A stretch of DNA of 30,099 nucleotides from an uncultured Chloroflexia bacterium (GCA_963766735.1 CAVYBU010000029.1:1-30099); one strand, 5' to 3'; shown: positions 7,167 to 16,061, numbered from the stretch's first letter. Numbers and translations: made by a program. The notes: generated by a model from the sequence alone, not told the origin.

Positions 7167-8579
7167 ATGTCCCTCCTCAAGCGCATCGAGAGCGCCCGTC
7201 CCGGCGCCGGGACAGGACCCGAAGGCGGTTCCAACGTCCCCGCGACCGCGCCGGGGGGGCCCGGCGGCCAGCCGCCGGCCTCACTTGGTGGCGGCCGGCT
7301 GACGTCCCAGGCCCCGGTCAGGGAGTCGTTCCGGGACGTGAAGTTCCGGATCCAGAACCGCGTCATCCAGGACCTGGACCCGAAGCTGGACCTGTCCAAC
7401 CAGGTCGAGGTCCGCCGGCAGATCGAGGAGATCTTCGGCAAGGTCATCGACGAGGAGGGCCTCGCCCTCACCCGCGCCGAGCGGGTGCGGATGCTGGAGC
7501 AGATCACCGACGAGATCATCGGCCTCGGCCCGCTGGAGCCCCTGCTCCGGGACGAGAGCATCTCCGAGGTCATGGTCAACGGCCCGCGCCAGGTCTACAT
7601 CGAGCGCTCCGGCCAGCTGGAGCTGACGAACGTCGTCTTCCAGAACGACGACCACGTGATGCGCATCATCGATCGGATCATCGCCCCGATCGGCCGCCGC
7701 GTGGACGAGTCCAGCCCGATGGTGGACGCCCGCCTCACAGACGGGTCGCGCGTGAACGCGATCATCCCGCCGCTGTCGCTGGTCGGCCCGGTGGTCACCA
7801 TCCGGAAGTTCTCGGCCAGCCCCCTCACCGTGGACGACCTGATCCGGTTCGGCACCGCCACCCCGGAGATGTTCGAGTTCCTGCGCGCCTCCGTGGAGGC
7901 CCGCCTGAACGTCTTCGTGTCGGGCGGCACCGGCTCCGGCAAGACGACCACGCTCAACGTCCTGTCGTCGTTCATCCCCAACGACGAGCGCATCGTGACG
8001 ATCGAGGACGCGGCCGAGCTGCAGCTCCGCCAGGAGCACGTGGTGACGCTGGAGTCCCGCCCGCCCAACATCGAGGGCAAGGGTGCGATCCCGATCCGCG
8101 AGCTCGTCCGCAACTCGCTGCGGATGCGGCCGGACCGGATCATCGTGGGAGAGTGTCGCAGCGGCGAGGCGCTGGACATGCTCCAGGCCATGAACACGGG
8201 CCACGACGGCTCGATGTCCACCGGCCACGCCAACAGCCCCCGCGACATGCTGTCCCGCCTGGAGACGATGGTGCTGATGGCGGGCGTGGACCTGCCGGTG
8301 CGCGCCATCCGGGAGCAGATCGCCTCCGCCGTGGACGTCATCGTCCACCAGGCCCGCCTCAAGGACGGGACCCGCCGGATCACGAACATCACCGAGGTCC
8401 AGGGCATGGAGGGTGACGTCATCGTGATGCAGGACGTGTTCGTGTTCGAGCAGACCGGCATCGTCGAGGGCAAGATCCAGGGCCACCTGAAGCCGACCGG
8501 CATCCGGCCCAAGTTCGTCGAGAAGTTCGAGGTCCAGGGCATCCACCTGCCGCCGGGCCTCTTCGGCTTCAGCTACTAG
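7167..8579 (+). CDS. cpaF: Tad pilus assembly ATPase CpaF/TadA
   Basis: GGTGSGKTT Walker A, TIEDAAEL, LRMRPDRIIVGECR, AMNTGHDGSMSTGHAN. Confidence 0.95.
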   Translation: MSLLKRIESARPGAGTGPEGGSNVPATAPGGPGGQPPASLGGGRLTSQAPVRESFRDVKFRIQNRVIQDLDPKLDLSNQVEVRRQIEEIFGKVIDEEGLALTRAERVRMLEQITDEIIGLGPLEPLLRDESISEVMVNGPRQVYIERSGQLELTNVVFQNDDHVMRIIDRIIAPIGRRVDESSPMVDARLTDGSRVNAIIPPLSLVGPVVTIRKFSASPLTVDDLIRFGTATPEMFEFLRASVEARLNVFVSGGTGSGKTTTLNVLSSFIPNDERIVTIEDAAELQLRQEHVVTLESRPPNIEGKGAIPIRELVRNSLRMRPDRIIVGECRSGEALDMLQAMNTGHDGSMSTGHANSPRDMLSRLETMVLMAGVDLPVRAIREQIASAVDVIVHQARLKDGTRRITNITEVQGMEGDVIVMQDVFVFEQTGIVEGKIQGHLKPTGIRPKFVEKFEVQGIHLPPGLFGFSY

Positions 8580-8599
8580 GAAGGCTGGGGAGCCCGCTC

Positions 8600-9616
8600 A
8601 TGGACAACATGACGATCGTCATCGCCGGCGTGGCCGCCCTCGCGATCCTCCTGATCGCGATCGGGATCGCCATGTCCGGCAGCGGCTCCGGGGTGAACGC
8701 CCGCCTCGAGCGGTACGCCTCCGGCAAGCCCGAGAAGGTGGAGACACCGGCGAATGGCCAGGGTGGCATCGCCGCGGCCATGGCGTCCAGCGCCACCATG
8801 ACCCAGCTCAACAAGGTGGTGGAGCAGCGCGACTTCGGCGCCAACCTGGCGCGCGAGATCGCGCGGGCGGACCTGCGCCTCAAGCCCAGCGAGTACCTGA
8901 TGATCTGGGCCGGGTCCACCGTGGGCGTGCCGCTCCTGATGTACGTGTTCTCGTTCGCGCTGCCGGCCCTCGGCAACCCGATCATCCTCCTGGTGGGGCT
9001 CCTCATCGGGTTCATGCTGCCGCGGTTCTGGCTGGGCCGCCGGAAGGGCGGGCGCCTCAGCAAGTTCAACAAGCAGCTGCCGGACACGATCACGCTGATC
9101 GCCAACGCCCTGCGCGCGGGCTCCTCGTTCCTGCAGGCCATCGAGCTTGTGGTCCGCGAGTCCCAGCCACCGATCTCCACGGAGTTCGGCCGCGTCATCC
9201 GCGAGGTCAACCTGGGCCTCTCCTTCGAGGTCGCCCTCGAGAACATGGTCCGGCGCGTCAGGTCCGACGACCTGGAGCTGATGGCCACCGCCATCTCGAT
9301 CCAGCACACCGTCGGCGGCAACCTGGCCGAGATCCTGGACTCGATCGCGTACACCATCCGGGAGCGCGTCCGCATCCAGGGCGAGATCCGGACCCTCACC
9401 GCGCAGCAGCGCCTGTCCGGCTACGTGGTCGGGTTCCTGCCGATCGGCCTGGCCGGGTTCCTGTTCATCGCGGCCCCCGGGTTCATGACGCCGATGTTCG
9501 ACGACCGGATCTCGATCATCGGGCTGCCGGGCGGGGTGATCATCCTGATGCTGGGCGGCTTCGCGATGTTCATGGGCTTCATGTTCATCCGCAAAATCGT
9601 CGACATCGAGGTCTAG
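8600..9616 (+). CDS. tadB: Tad platform protein TadB (T2SS F family)
   Basis: KQLPDTITLIANALRAGSS, IQHTVGGNLAEILD, IRTLTAQQRLS; TM segments; follows cpaF. Confidence 0.92.
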   Translation: MDNMTIVIAGVAALAILLIAIGIAMSGSGSGVNARLERYASGKPEKVETPANGQGGIAAAMASSATMTQLNKVVEQRDFGANLAREIARADLRLKPSEYLMIWAGSTVGVPLLMYVFSFALPALGNPIILLVGLLIGFMLPRFWLGRRKGGRLSKFNKQLPDTITLIANALRAGSSFLQAIELVVRESQPPISTEFGRVIREVNLGLSFEVALENMVRRVRSDDLELMATAISIQHTVGGNLAEILDSIAYTIRERVRIQGEIRTLTAQQRLSGYVVGFLPIGLAGFLFIAAPGFMTPMFDDRISIIGLPGGVIILMLGGFAMFMGFMFIRKIVDIEV

Positions 9617-9619
9617 CCC

Positions 9620-10552
9620 ATGGAGCCCCTGTCCCTGATCGTGGCGGCCATCGCATTCGTCGCCATCCTGATGATCTTCGTCGGCCTGGCCGGCCGCGCT
9701 CCGGTGGATCCGGTCCAGGCCCGCCTGACCCAGCTGGGGACCGCCCAGGCGGCCAGCCTGGAGGAGCTGGAGCTGCAGCAGCCGCTCTTCGAGCGGACCA
9801 TCCGCCCGCTGGCGAACCGGTTGTCCGGTTCGGTCGAGCGGGTCACCAGCGCCTCCTTCTCCGCGACAACCGAGAAGCGCCTGGCGCTGGCGGGCAATCC
9901 CGGCGACCTGCGCGTGGCGGACTGGCTGGGCATCAAGGCCGTGGGCGCGATCGTCGGCGCCGGCCTGTTCGTGCTGCTGTTCGTGGTCCCCGCCGTGATC
10001 AAGGTGCCGTTCCCGATCAACCTGGCGATGATCGCGGTCGGCGTGATGTTCGGCTACACCATCCCGGAGTTCTGGCTGGGCGGGCGCGTCAAGAAGCGCC
10101 AGAAGGCGATCCTGCTCCAGATCCCGGACGCCCTTGACCTGCTCACGATCTCCGTCCGCGCGGGCCTCGGCTTCGACGGCGCGCTGGCCAAGGTGGTGGA
10201 GAAGCTCAAGGGGCCCCTCACCGAGGAGTTCCGGCGGGCGCTGGCCGAGATCCGCGTGGGCAAGGCCAGGCGGGACGCGCTGCGGGACATCGTCGGGCGC
10301 ACCGAGGTGCCGCCCCTCACCAACTTCATCGGGGCGATCATCCAGGCCGAGCAGCTGGGCGTGTCGATCAGCAAGGTGCTGCAGGTCCAGTCCGAGCAGC
10401 TGCGGATCGAGCGCCGGCAGCGCGCCGAGGAGATGGCGGCCAAGGCGCCGATCAAGATGCTGTTCCCGCTGGTCGGGTGCATCTTCCCGTCGCTGTTCAT
10501 CGTCATCCTGGGCCCGGCGATCATCCTGATCATGATCAACCTCAGGGTCTGA
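9620..10552 (+). CDS. tadC: Tad platform protein TadC (T2SS F family)
   Basis: IPDALDLLTISVRAGLGFD, QAEQLGVSI, RQRAEEMAAKAPIKMLFPLV. Confidence 0.92.
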   Translation: MEPLSLIVAAIAFVAILMIFVGLAGRAPVDPVQARLTQLGTAQAASLEELELQQPLFERTIRPLANRLSGSVERVTSASFSATTEKRLALAGNPGDLRVADWLGIKAVGAIVGAGLFVLLFVVPAVIKVPFPINLAMIAVGVMFGYTIPEFWLGGRVKKRQKAILLQIPDALDLLTISVRAGLGFDGALAKVVEKLKGPLTEEFRRALAEIRVGKARRDALRDIVGRTEVPPLTNFIGAIIQAEQLGVSISKVLQVQSEQLRIERRQRAEEMAAKAPIKMLFPLVGCIFPSLFIVILGPAIILIMINLRV

Positions 10553-10554
10553 CC

Positions 10555-10650
10555 GGGACGGTGGGGTCCGGGGGTCCGACGGCGGGGGTCCGCAGGGTCC
10601 GGGCGGGCGGGCCGGGCCGGGTTCGCGGCCGGGGGTTCGCGGCCAGGGGG
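10555..10650 (+). repeat. G-run-rich low-complexity tract (GGGTCCG and GGTTCGCGGCC repeats)
   Basis: About 12 runs of 3 or more G in 96 nt; GGGTCCG x4, GGTTCGCGGCC x2. Confidence 0.7.
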
Positions 10651-11015
10651 TCGCGCGCAATCTCGAGCGGGATGCCGTCCTGGCCGAGCGCCTGGAGACG
10701 GCCGCATCGCTCTGGGGCAAGTTCATGGGCCTGATGGGGCGCCCGTCGCTGCCGGCCGGCGAGGGGCTGTGGCTGCCGGCCAGCAACGGGATCCACATGA
10801 TGTTCATGCGCTTCCCGATCGACGCGGTGTTCGTCTCCCGCCCGGACGCGGAGGGAGTGCGGCGCGTGCGATCGGTGCATCGCGGGTTGCGGCGGTGGAC
10901 GGGGGTCGTGTGGCTGGTCCGGGGCGCGGACGGCGTGCTGGAGCTGCCGGTCGGGACGATCGACGCGACTGGGACCGCGGTGGGCGACCGGGTGGAGATC
11001 CGCGAGACCGCGTAG
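10650..11015 (+). CDS. DUF192-family protein (start uncertain; possibly frameshifted 5' end)
   Basis: GLMGR...GEGLW...IHMMFMRFPIDAVFV...VLELPVG...VGDRV is the DUF192 pattern; in-frame VARNLERDAVLAERLETAASLWGKF precedes ATG 10725 with no ATG/GTG/TTG back to the TGA at 10533. Confidence 0.75.
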   Translation, partial: VARNLERDAVLAERLETAASLWGKFMGLMGRPSLPAGEGLWLPASNGIHMMFMRFPIDAVFVSRPDAEGVRRVRSVHRGLRRWTGVVWLVRGADGVLELPVGTIDATGTAVGDRVEIRETA

Positions 11016-11160
11016 GGGTTCCGGGCGCGCGGCGCGTTTCGGCGTGGGCGCGGGCGCGGCGCGGTTGGCGCCGGGCGCGGCGCGGCGCCGGGCGCGGGAC
11101 CCGGGCGCGACCGGCGACATGGTGAGCCGCGCATAAGCGGCTCGCGCCATCGTTCGGGTC

Positions 11161-11835
11161 GTGACCCGCGGATTGAACCCCATCGGCCGCCTCCTGGACC
11201 TCGCCCTGCCCGCCGCCTGCGCCGGCTGTGGCGTGGAGGGCGAGCCTCTCTGCGCCACGTGCCGCCCCGCGCTGGACGCGCGGCTCACGCTGCCGGCGGG
11301 AACGCCTCTGGGGCTCGCCGACGGTCCCCCCGAGCCGCTGCTCCAGCTGGACTGGTGCGCCCCGTTCGCGGGCGTGACGCGGCGGGCCCTGCACGCGCTC
11401 AAGTACACGGGCGAGCGCCGGCTGGCCGTCCCGCTCGGCGCTGCGGTCGCGGCCCGATGGCGCGCGGCTGGGGCGGGCGGCGACCTCTTCGTCCCGGTGC
11501 CGGTCCACGCGTCGCGGCGCCGGGAGCGAGGGTTCGACCAGGCGGAGCTCATCGCCGCGGCGGCATCGGACGCCCTCGGCCTCCCGTGGCGGCCGGCTCT
11601 CGTCCGCGCCCGGGCGACAGCGGCGCAGTACCGACTGGATCGCGGCCACCGGGCGAGGAACGTGCACGCTGCGTTCGAGGTTCGCAACGGATCGACGGCC
11701 GCGGTCGCGGGACGCTGGGTGGTGCTGGTGGACGATGTCGTCACGACGGGCGCGACGCTGGCCGCCTGCGCGGAGGCGCTCCTGGCATCCGGGGCGACCG
11801 CCGTCAGCGCCGTGACCGTTGCCCGGGAACGATAG
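11161..11835 (+). CDS. comF: ComF family protein (zinc ribbon + PRTase domain)
   Basis: CAGC...LCATC, ALKY, VPVPVH..RRRERGFDQAELIA, VVLVDDVVTTGATL. Confidence 0.92.
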   Translation: MTRGLNPIGRLLDLALPAACAGCGVEGEPLCATCRPALDARLTLPAGTPLGLADGPPEPLLQLDWCAPFAGVTRRALHALKYTGERRLAVPLGAAVAARWRAAGAGGDLFVPVPVHASRRRERGFDQAELIAAAASDALGLPWRPALVRARATAAQYRLDRGHRARNVHAAFEVRNGSTAAVAGRWVVLVDDVVTTGATLAACAEALLASGATAVSAVTVARER

Positions 11836-11880
11836 GACGATGGCGCCACCTGGCCCTGTGGGCCGGCTCCCGCACCCGTC

Positions 11881-11886
11881 TATACT
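11881..11886 (+). promoter_or_regulatory. Putative -10 element for hpf
   Basis: TATACT in the comF-hpf gap; no clear -35; SD GGGAGGT before GTG 11983. Confidence 0.5.
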
Positions 11887-11982
11887 CGAACCCCGGGTGG
11901 GGCCGATATCCCCGGGTCGGGCCGCCATCGCCGGCCCACCCGCCCCCGCAGCCAGGCGCACCGCAGCGCCGGGAGGTCAACC

Positions 11983-12576
11983 GTGAGGACGATCGTCAGG
12001 GGCAAGAACATCGAGGTTCCGGACCGGGTCCGGCAGTACACCGAACGCAAGTTCGTCCGCCTCGAGCGCTTCCTTGATGACCGCACGGACGCCGTCGTCG
12101 AGCTCTCCAACGAGGCACATCGGAGTGCCGCCGACGCGCACATCGTGGACGTCACGCTCATCATCGACGGGACGACGCTGCGCAGCCGCGCGACCGGAAG
12201 CTCGTACCAGGCCGCCCTCGACGAGGTCGTGGACAAGGTCGAGCGCCAGGCGATCGACCACAAGGAGAAGCCCCGCGTCCGTTCCCGCCCGGAGCTGGAG
12301 AAGGCGCTCCTCCGCAAGATCGCGGACGGGACGGCCGACGCCACCAGCGATCGGCAGATCGTGAAGACCAAGCGCTTCGCCATCGAACCGATGTTCGAGG
12401 AGGACGCGGTCACGGCGATGGAGGAGCTGGGCCACGACTTCTACGTCTTCGTGAACGCCGAGAACGAGCACGTGGCGGTCCTCTACCGGCGCAAGGACGG
12501 GCGCTACGGCCTGATCGAGCCGGTCGTGGGCGGCGAGTACACCCAGCGCAAGCCGTCGAAGGACGCCCGCCGGTAG
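11983..12576 (+). CDS. hpf: Ribosome hibernation promoting factor (long HPF / RaiA)
   Basis: IVRGKNIEV...ALDEVVDKVERQ; C-terminal IVKTKRF...PMFEEDAVTAMEELGHDFYVF...VLYRRKDGRYGLIE. Confidence 0.94.
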   Translation: MRTIVRGKNIEVPDRVRQYTERKFVRLERFLDDRTDAVVELSNEAHRSAADAHIVDVTLIIDGTTLRSRATGSSYQAALDEVVDKVERQAIDHKEKPRVRSRPELEKALLRKIADGTADATSDRQIVKTKRFAIEPMFEEDAVTAMEELGHDFYVFVNAENEHVAVLYRRKDGRYGLIEPVVGGEYTQRKPSKDARR

Positions 12577-12585
12577 GACGACCGC

Positions 12586-12619
12586 CGGCAGGAGGCGGGG
12601 CGGCAGGAGGCGGGGCGGC
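12586..12619 (+). repeat. 15-bp tandem repeat
   Basis: CGGCAGGAGGCGGGG x2 plus CGGC in the hpf-nfo gap. Confidence 0.7.
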
Positions 12620-12715
12620 TCCGGCAGCTCCGGCGGCGGGGCGGCCCCGGCGGCGGGCGAGGGTCCCTGCCCCAAGTCCCGGTACTCCGGCCCGCCGGTC
12701 GGCTAGGATCGGGAG

Positions 12716-13771
12716 ATGCTGCCGAACGGACGGCGCCTCGGCGCCCACCTCCCCCTGGGCCGCGGCATGGTCCGGGCGGCTGATCGGGCCGCAGCGATCG
12801 GCGCGTCGGCGCTGCAGGTGTTCAGCGACAACCCGACGTCCTGGCGCCGCCGCGAGACGCTGCCGCGGGAGCTGCCGGCCTTCCGGGACCGCCTCGTCGC
12901 CCACGACATCGCCCCGCTGGCGATCCACGCCCCCTACCTCATCAACCTCGCCGGCCCGGAGCCGGACCTGCACGATCGATCCGTCTCGGTCCTCGCGAAC
13001 GAGATCCGGGTGGCGGCCGCGTACGGGGCGCGCTTCGTCAACGTGCACATTGGCTCGCACCGGGGCGCCGGTCCCGCCGCCGGCGTGGACCGGCTGGCGG
13101 ACGGCATCAGGCGGGTGTTCGAGCTGGCGGACACGGACGCCGCCCCCGGCACGGACACGGTGATCCTCGTGCTCGAGAACGGCGCGGGCGCCGGGTTCGG
13201 GATGGGGGCGACGTTCGAGGAGCTGCAGCAGATCGATGAGGCGGTGGCGGCCGCCGGAGTACACCGCGCACGGTTCGGCTTCTGCCTGGACACCGCCCAC
13301 GCCTGGGGAGCCGGCTATCCGATCGACACGCCCTCGGGCGTGGACGAGACGCTGGACGCGTTCGACCGGCTGGTGGGCCTGGGTCGCCTGCGCATGGTCC
13401 ACGTGAACGACTCACGCGAGGAGCGCGGGTCGCGCGCCGATCGGCACGAGCACGTCGGGGCCGGCCGGATCGGGGCCGCGGGGCTCGGTCGGGTGCTGAC
13501 CCACGAGGCGTTGGACCACGTGACGTACTACCTCGAGACCCCGGGCATGGAGTCCGGCTACGACGCCGTCAACATCGCCCGAGCGCTGGACCTCGCCGCG
13601 GGGCGTCCGCTTGCGGACCTCCCGCCCGAGGCTCACGAGACCCGTGCGTCGCGCGGGCACAGCGCCCCTCCAGAGGCAGACGGCGATCCTCCGGCGACGG
13701 AGGGCGCCTTCCCGGTGGCGGAGGGCGATCCTCCGGTGGCTGTCCCCCGGCGCGGTCGGTCCGGCCGGTGA
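12716..13771 (+). CDS. nfo: Endonuclease IV (AP endonuclease family 2)
   Basis: HAPYLINL, VHIGS, LENGAG, FCLDTAH, VHVNDS, DRHEHVG, YLETP zinc-ligand motifs; TAGGAT 6 nt before the ATG. Confidence 0.93.
   Translation: MLPNGRRLGAHLPLGRGMVRAADRAAAIGASALQVFSDNPTSWRRRETLPRELPAFRDRLVAHDIAPLAIHAPYLINLAGPEPDLHDRSVSVLANEIRVAAAYGARFVNVHIGSHRGAGPAAGVDRLADGIRRVFELADTDAAPGTDTVILVLENGAGAGFGMGATFEELQQIDEAVAAAGVHRARFGFCLDTAHAWGAGYPIDTPSGVDETLDAFDRLVGLGRLRMVHVNDSREERGSRADRHEHVGAGRIGAAGLGRVLTHEALDHVTYYLETPGMESGYDAVNIARALDLAAGRPLADLPPEAHETRASRGHSAPPEADGDPPATEGAFPVAEGDPPVAVPRRGRSGR
13679..13741 (+). repeat. 21-bp degenerate tandem repeat x3 in the nfo tail
   Basis: Encodes DGDPPAT-EGAFPVA-EGDPPVA. Confidence 0.7.
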
Positions 13772-15390
13772 CCATCCTCCGCTCGCGCGTTGCAGGGGTG
13801 CCGGTCGAGGCGATCGTCCTCGTCGCGCTGATGCTGCTCGCCGCACTCACCCGGCTCCCCGGCCTGGAGGAGCGCGGGCTCTGGGACGCGGACCAGGCGC
13901 ACGACATGCTGGTGCTCGAGGCGCTGGTGACCGATGGGGAGATCCCGCTTCTCGGGCCCAAGACGTCCATCGGGACGTTCCACCATGGTGCTGTCTACTA
14001 CTACCTGCTTGCGCCCGCTGCCTTCGCGTCCGGCGCGGATCCCGTGGCGGTGATGGCGTGGATCGCGCTGTTCGGGATGGGGGCGGTCGCGGCCGTCTGG
14101 TGGCTGGCGCGGCTCATCGGCGGGCCGCTGGCGGCCGCGGTGGCGGGTCTCCTCGCGGCGGTTTCTCCGGCCGGCATCGACGAGTCCACCTTCATCTGGA
14201 ACCCGAACCTCATCCCGGTGGCCTCCGCGCTCGCGTTCGTGGGGATGATCCTCGCCCGGCAGACCGGCCGGGACCGCTGGTGGCTGCTGGCCGGCGCCGG
14301 GGCCATGGTCACGATGCAGTGCCACGTGCTGGGCGTGGTCATCGTCCCGCCGCTCGCCCTCGCCTGGGTGGCCGAGCTCCGCCGGCGGCGTGCGGCGGGC
14401 AGGCCGCTCCGCCCGCTGGTCGGCGCCGGCGCCGGTGCGGTGGCGATCATGGCGGCCGGCTACCTGCCGCTCATCATCCACGAGCTGCAGTCCGGCTTTG
14501 ACGAGACGCGCGGGATCCTGGACTACATCGTCGGCGGTGGCCGGACGACCGGCACCGGGCTGGTGGAGCGGACCGTGATGGTCGGGATGCGGTCGGTCAT
14601 CTGGCCGCTGGCGGGCCTCCTGACGGATCGTCCGACGCTGTCCATGATCACGGCGGTGATCGCCGCGGGCCTCGCGGCCGTGGCCGCGGTGGCAGGCCGT
14701 GCGCCCGACCGGACGGCGGTTCGCTGGCTGCTGGGGTCACTGGCCTGGTCCATCCTGGCCCTGGCGGTCTTCGCGCCCAGCCTCGCGGTCGTGGTCCCGG
14801 GCCTTCCCAACGACCACTACCACGCCTTCCTGGACCCCCTGGTGCTCGCGCTGGCAGGCGTCGGGGTGGCGCGGCTGGTGACCGGCTGGGGCCGCCTGCC
14901 CGTCACCCAGACGCGGGCCGTCGGCTTGACCCTCACGGCGATCCTGGTGGCGATCGGGGTCGTGTCGTGGCCGCCCAGCGTGGCCGAGGACGGTGGCTGG
15001 CTGCTGGTGGACCAGGCGGCGGCGCGGGTCGCGGCGGTGACCGGCGACCAGACGGTGGGACTGGACGGAATCCCGCCGTTCAAGTCCGCGGACGCGCTGC
15101 GCTTCCCGCTGCTCCGCCGCGAGGTGCCGATGCTGCCGGCGGAGATCGGGGGCGTCGTGGGTTCCGGCGGCGTCGTGGAGCCCGGCGGCACCGTGGGCCC
15201 CGGGTTCGCCGGGATGGCCGTCATCGTGTGCGACCCGCTGTTCGACGAGGTCGTGGGGAGCCCGTGTGGCGGGCCGGCAGAGGACGCCTGGGTTGCGGAG
15301 AACGGAGGGGGTGGGGAGCTGCGGCTGGTGGATCGCTTCGATGCCGGTCCGCGGCGCGTGATCTCGGTCTACGAACCAACGACCCCCTGA
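13768..15390 (+). CDS. GT-C fold membrane glycosyltransferase (ArnT/PMT-like)
   Basis: TM1 then RL...WDADQAHD acidic loop, PLLGPKTS...HGAVYYYLLAP, STFIWNPN, many TM helices; GTGA overlap with nfo. Confidence 0.78.
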   Translation: MTILRSRVAGVPVEAIVLVALMLLAALTRLPGLEERGLWDADQAHDMLVLEALVTDGEIPLLGPKTSIGTFHHGAVYYYLLAPAAFASGADPVAVMAWIALFGMGAVAAVWWLARLIGGPLAAAVAGLLAAVSPAGIDESTFIWNPNLIPVASALAFVGMILARQTGRDRWWLLAGAGAMVTMQCHVLGVVIVPPLALAWVAELRRRRAAGRPLRPLVGAGAGAVAIMAAGYLPLIIHELQSGFDETRGILDYIVGGGRTTGTGLVERTVMVGMRSVIWPLAGLLTDRPTLSMITAVIAAGLAAVAAVAGRAPDRTAVRWLLGSLAWSILALAVFAPSLAVVVPGLPNDHYHAFLDPLVLALAGVGVARLVTGWGRLPVTQTRAVGLTLTAILVAIGVVSWPPSVAEDGGWLLVDQAAARVAAVTGDQTVGLDGIPPFKSADALRFPLLRREVPMLPAEIGGVVGSGGVVEPGGTVGPGFAGMAVIVCDPLFDEVVGSPCGGPAEDAWVAENGGGGELRLVDRFDAGPRRVISVYEPTTP

Positions 15391-15415
15391 CGCCAAGCAT
15401 GCGAGCACCGAACGC

Positions 15416-15451
15416 GCGAACGCCGGCCCCTGCAGGCCGGCGCTCGCTTGT
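15416..15451. terminator. Hairpin between convergent genes
   Basis: GCGAaCGCCGGCC-cctgca-GGCCGGCGcTCGC followed by TTGT. Confidence 0.5.
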
Positions 15452-15500
15452 CCCCGAGACCCAAACGTGGAGGGACGTCCGGGTCGTGCCCTGAGAAGTG

Positions 15501-16061
15501 CTATGGACGGCCGGGCGGGCGCGCGGGCGGCCTGGCGGGCGGCCGCGGGGCGCCGTAGCGCGGCGGGGCGGTGCGGATGATGGCCGGTGCTGCCACGCCG
15601 CCTGCCGAGTAGGCAGATGCGCGTCCGTAGACGCTACCGGCCGGCGAGCTCGTGACTCCATTGTTGCCGCTGCCCGGATCGGCGACGCCGACGCTGGAAT
15701 AGGTCCGCGCGAAGCGGCGGACCCGGACGGCCAGGTAGTACTCCATGATCTGGCGGACCTGGGGCTCCGTGAGGGCCTCGTCCGCGCGGAGCGCGTATTC
15801 CACGCGCGCAGTCGGGTTCTGCGGTCCAACGGACACCACCCCGAGGGCGGTGGCCGTGTCGGCATCGTCGCGGATCTCGCGGAGACCGCGGGCCAGCTTG
15901 GTCGCAGTCCCCAGCGAGGGCATGCGATCGCCCCGGATCAACCGGGAGATCGTCGAGTGGTCGACCCCGGACTGCTGGGCCAGCTGGCGCTGCGACATCT
16001 TCTTGGCCTTGAGCTGCGCTCGCAGCCATTCGTTGAAGGCGCGCCCGTTGTCGGTCGTCAT
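15501..16061 (-). CDS. XRE-family HTH transcriptional regulator with Pro-rich tail
   Basis: FNEWLRAQLKAKKMSQRQLAQQSGVDHSTISRLIRGDRMPSLGTATKLA is a cro/cI-type HTH. Confidence 0.88.
   Translation of the reverse strand: MTTDNGRAFNEWLRAQLKAKKMSQRQLAQQSGVDHSTISRLIRGDRMPSLGTATKLARGLREIRDDADTATALGVVSVGPQNPTARVEYALRADEALTEPQVRQIMEYYLAVRVRRFARTYSSVGVADPGSGNNGVTSSPAGSVYGRASAYSAGGVAAPAIIRTAPPRYGAPRPPARPPARPPGRP

Noticed and set aside
15501-16061. XRE gene as a prophage repressor or toxin-antitoxin component
   Set aside because: No integrase, phage gene or toxin partner nearby; flanked by housekeeping and envelope genes.
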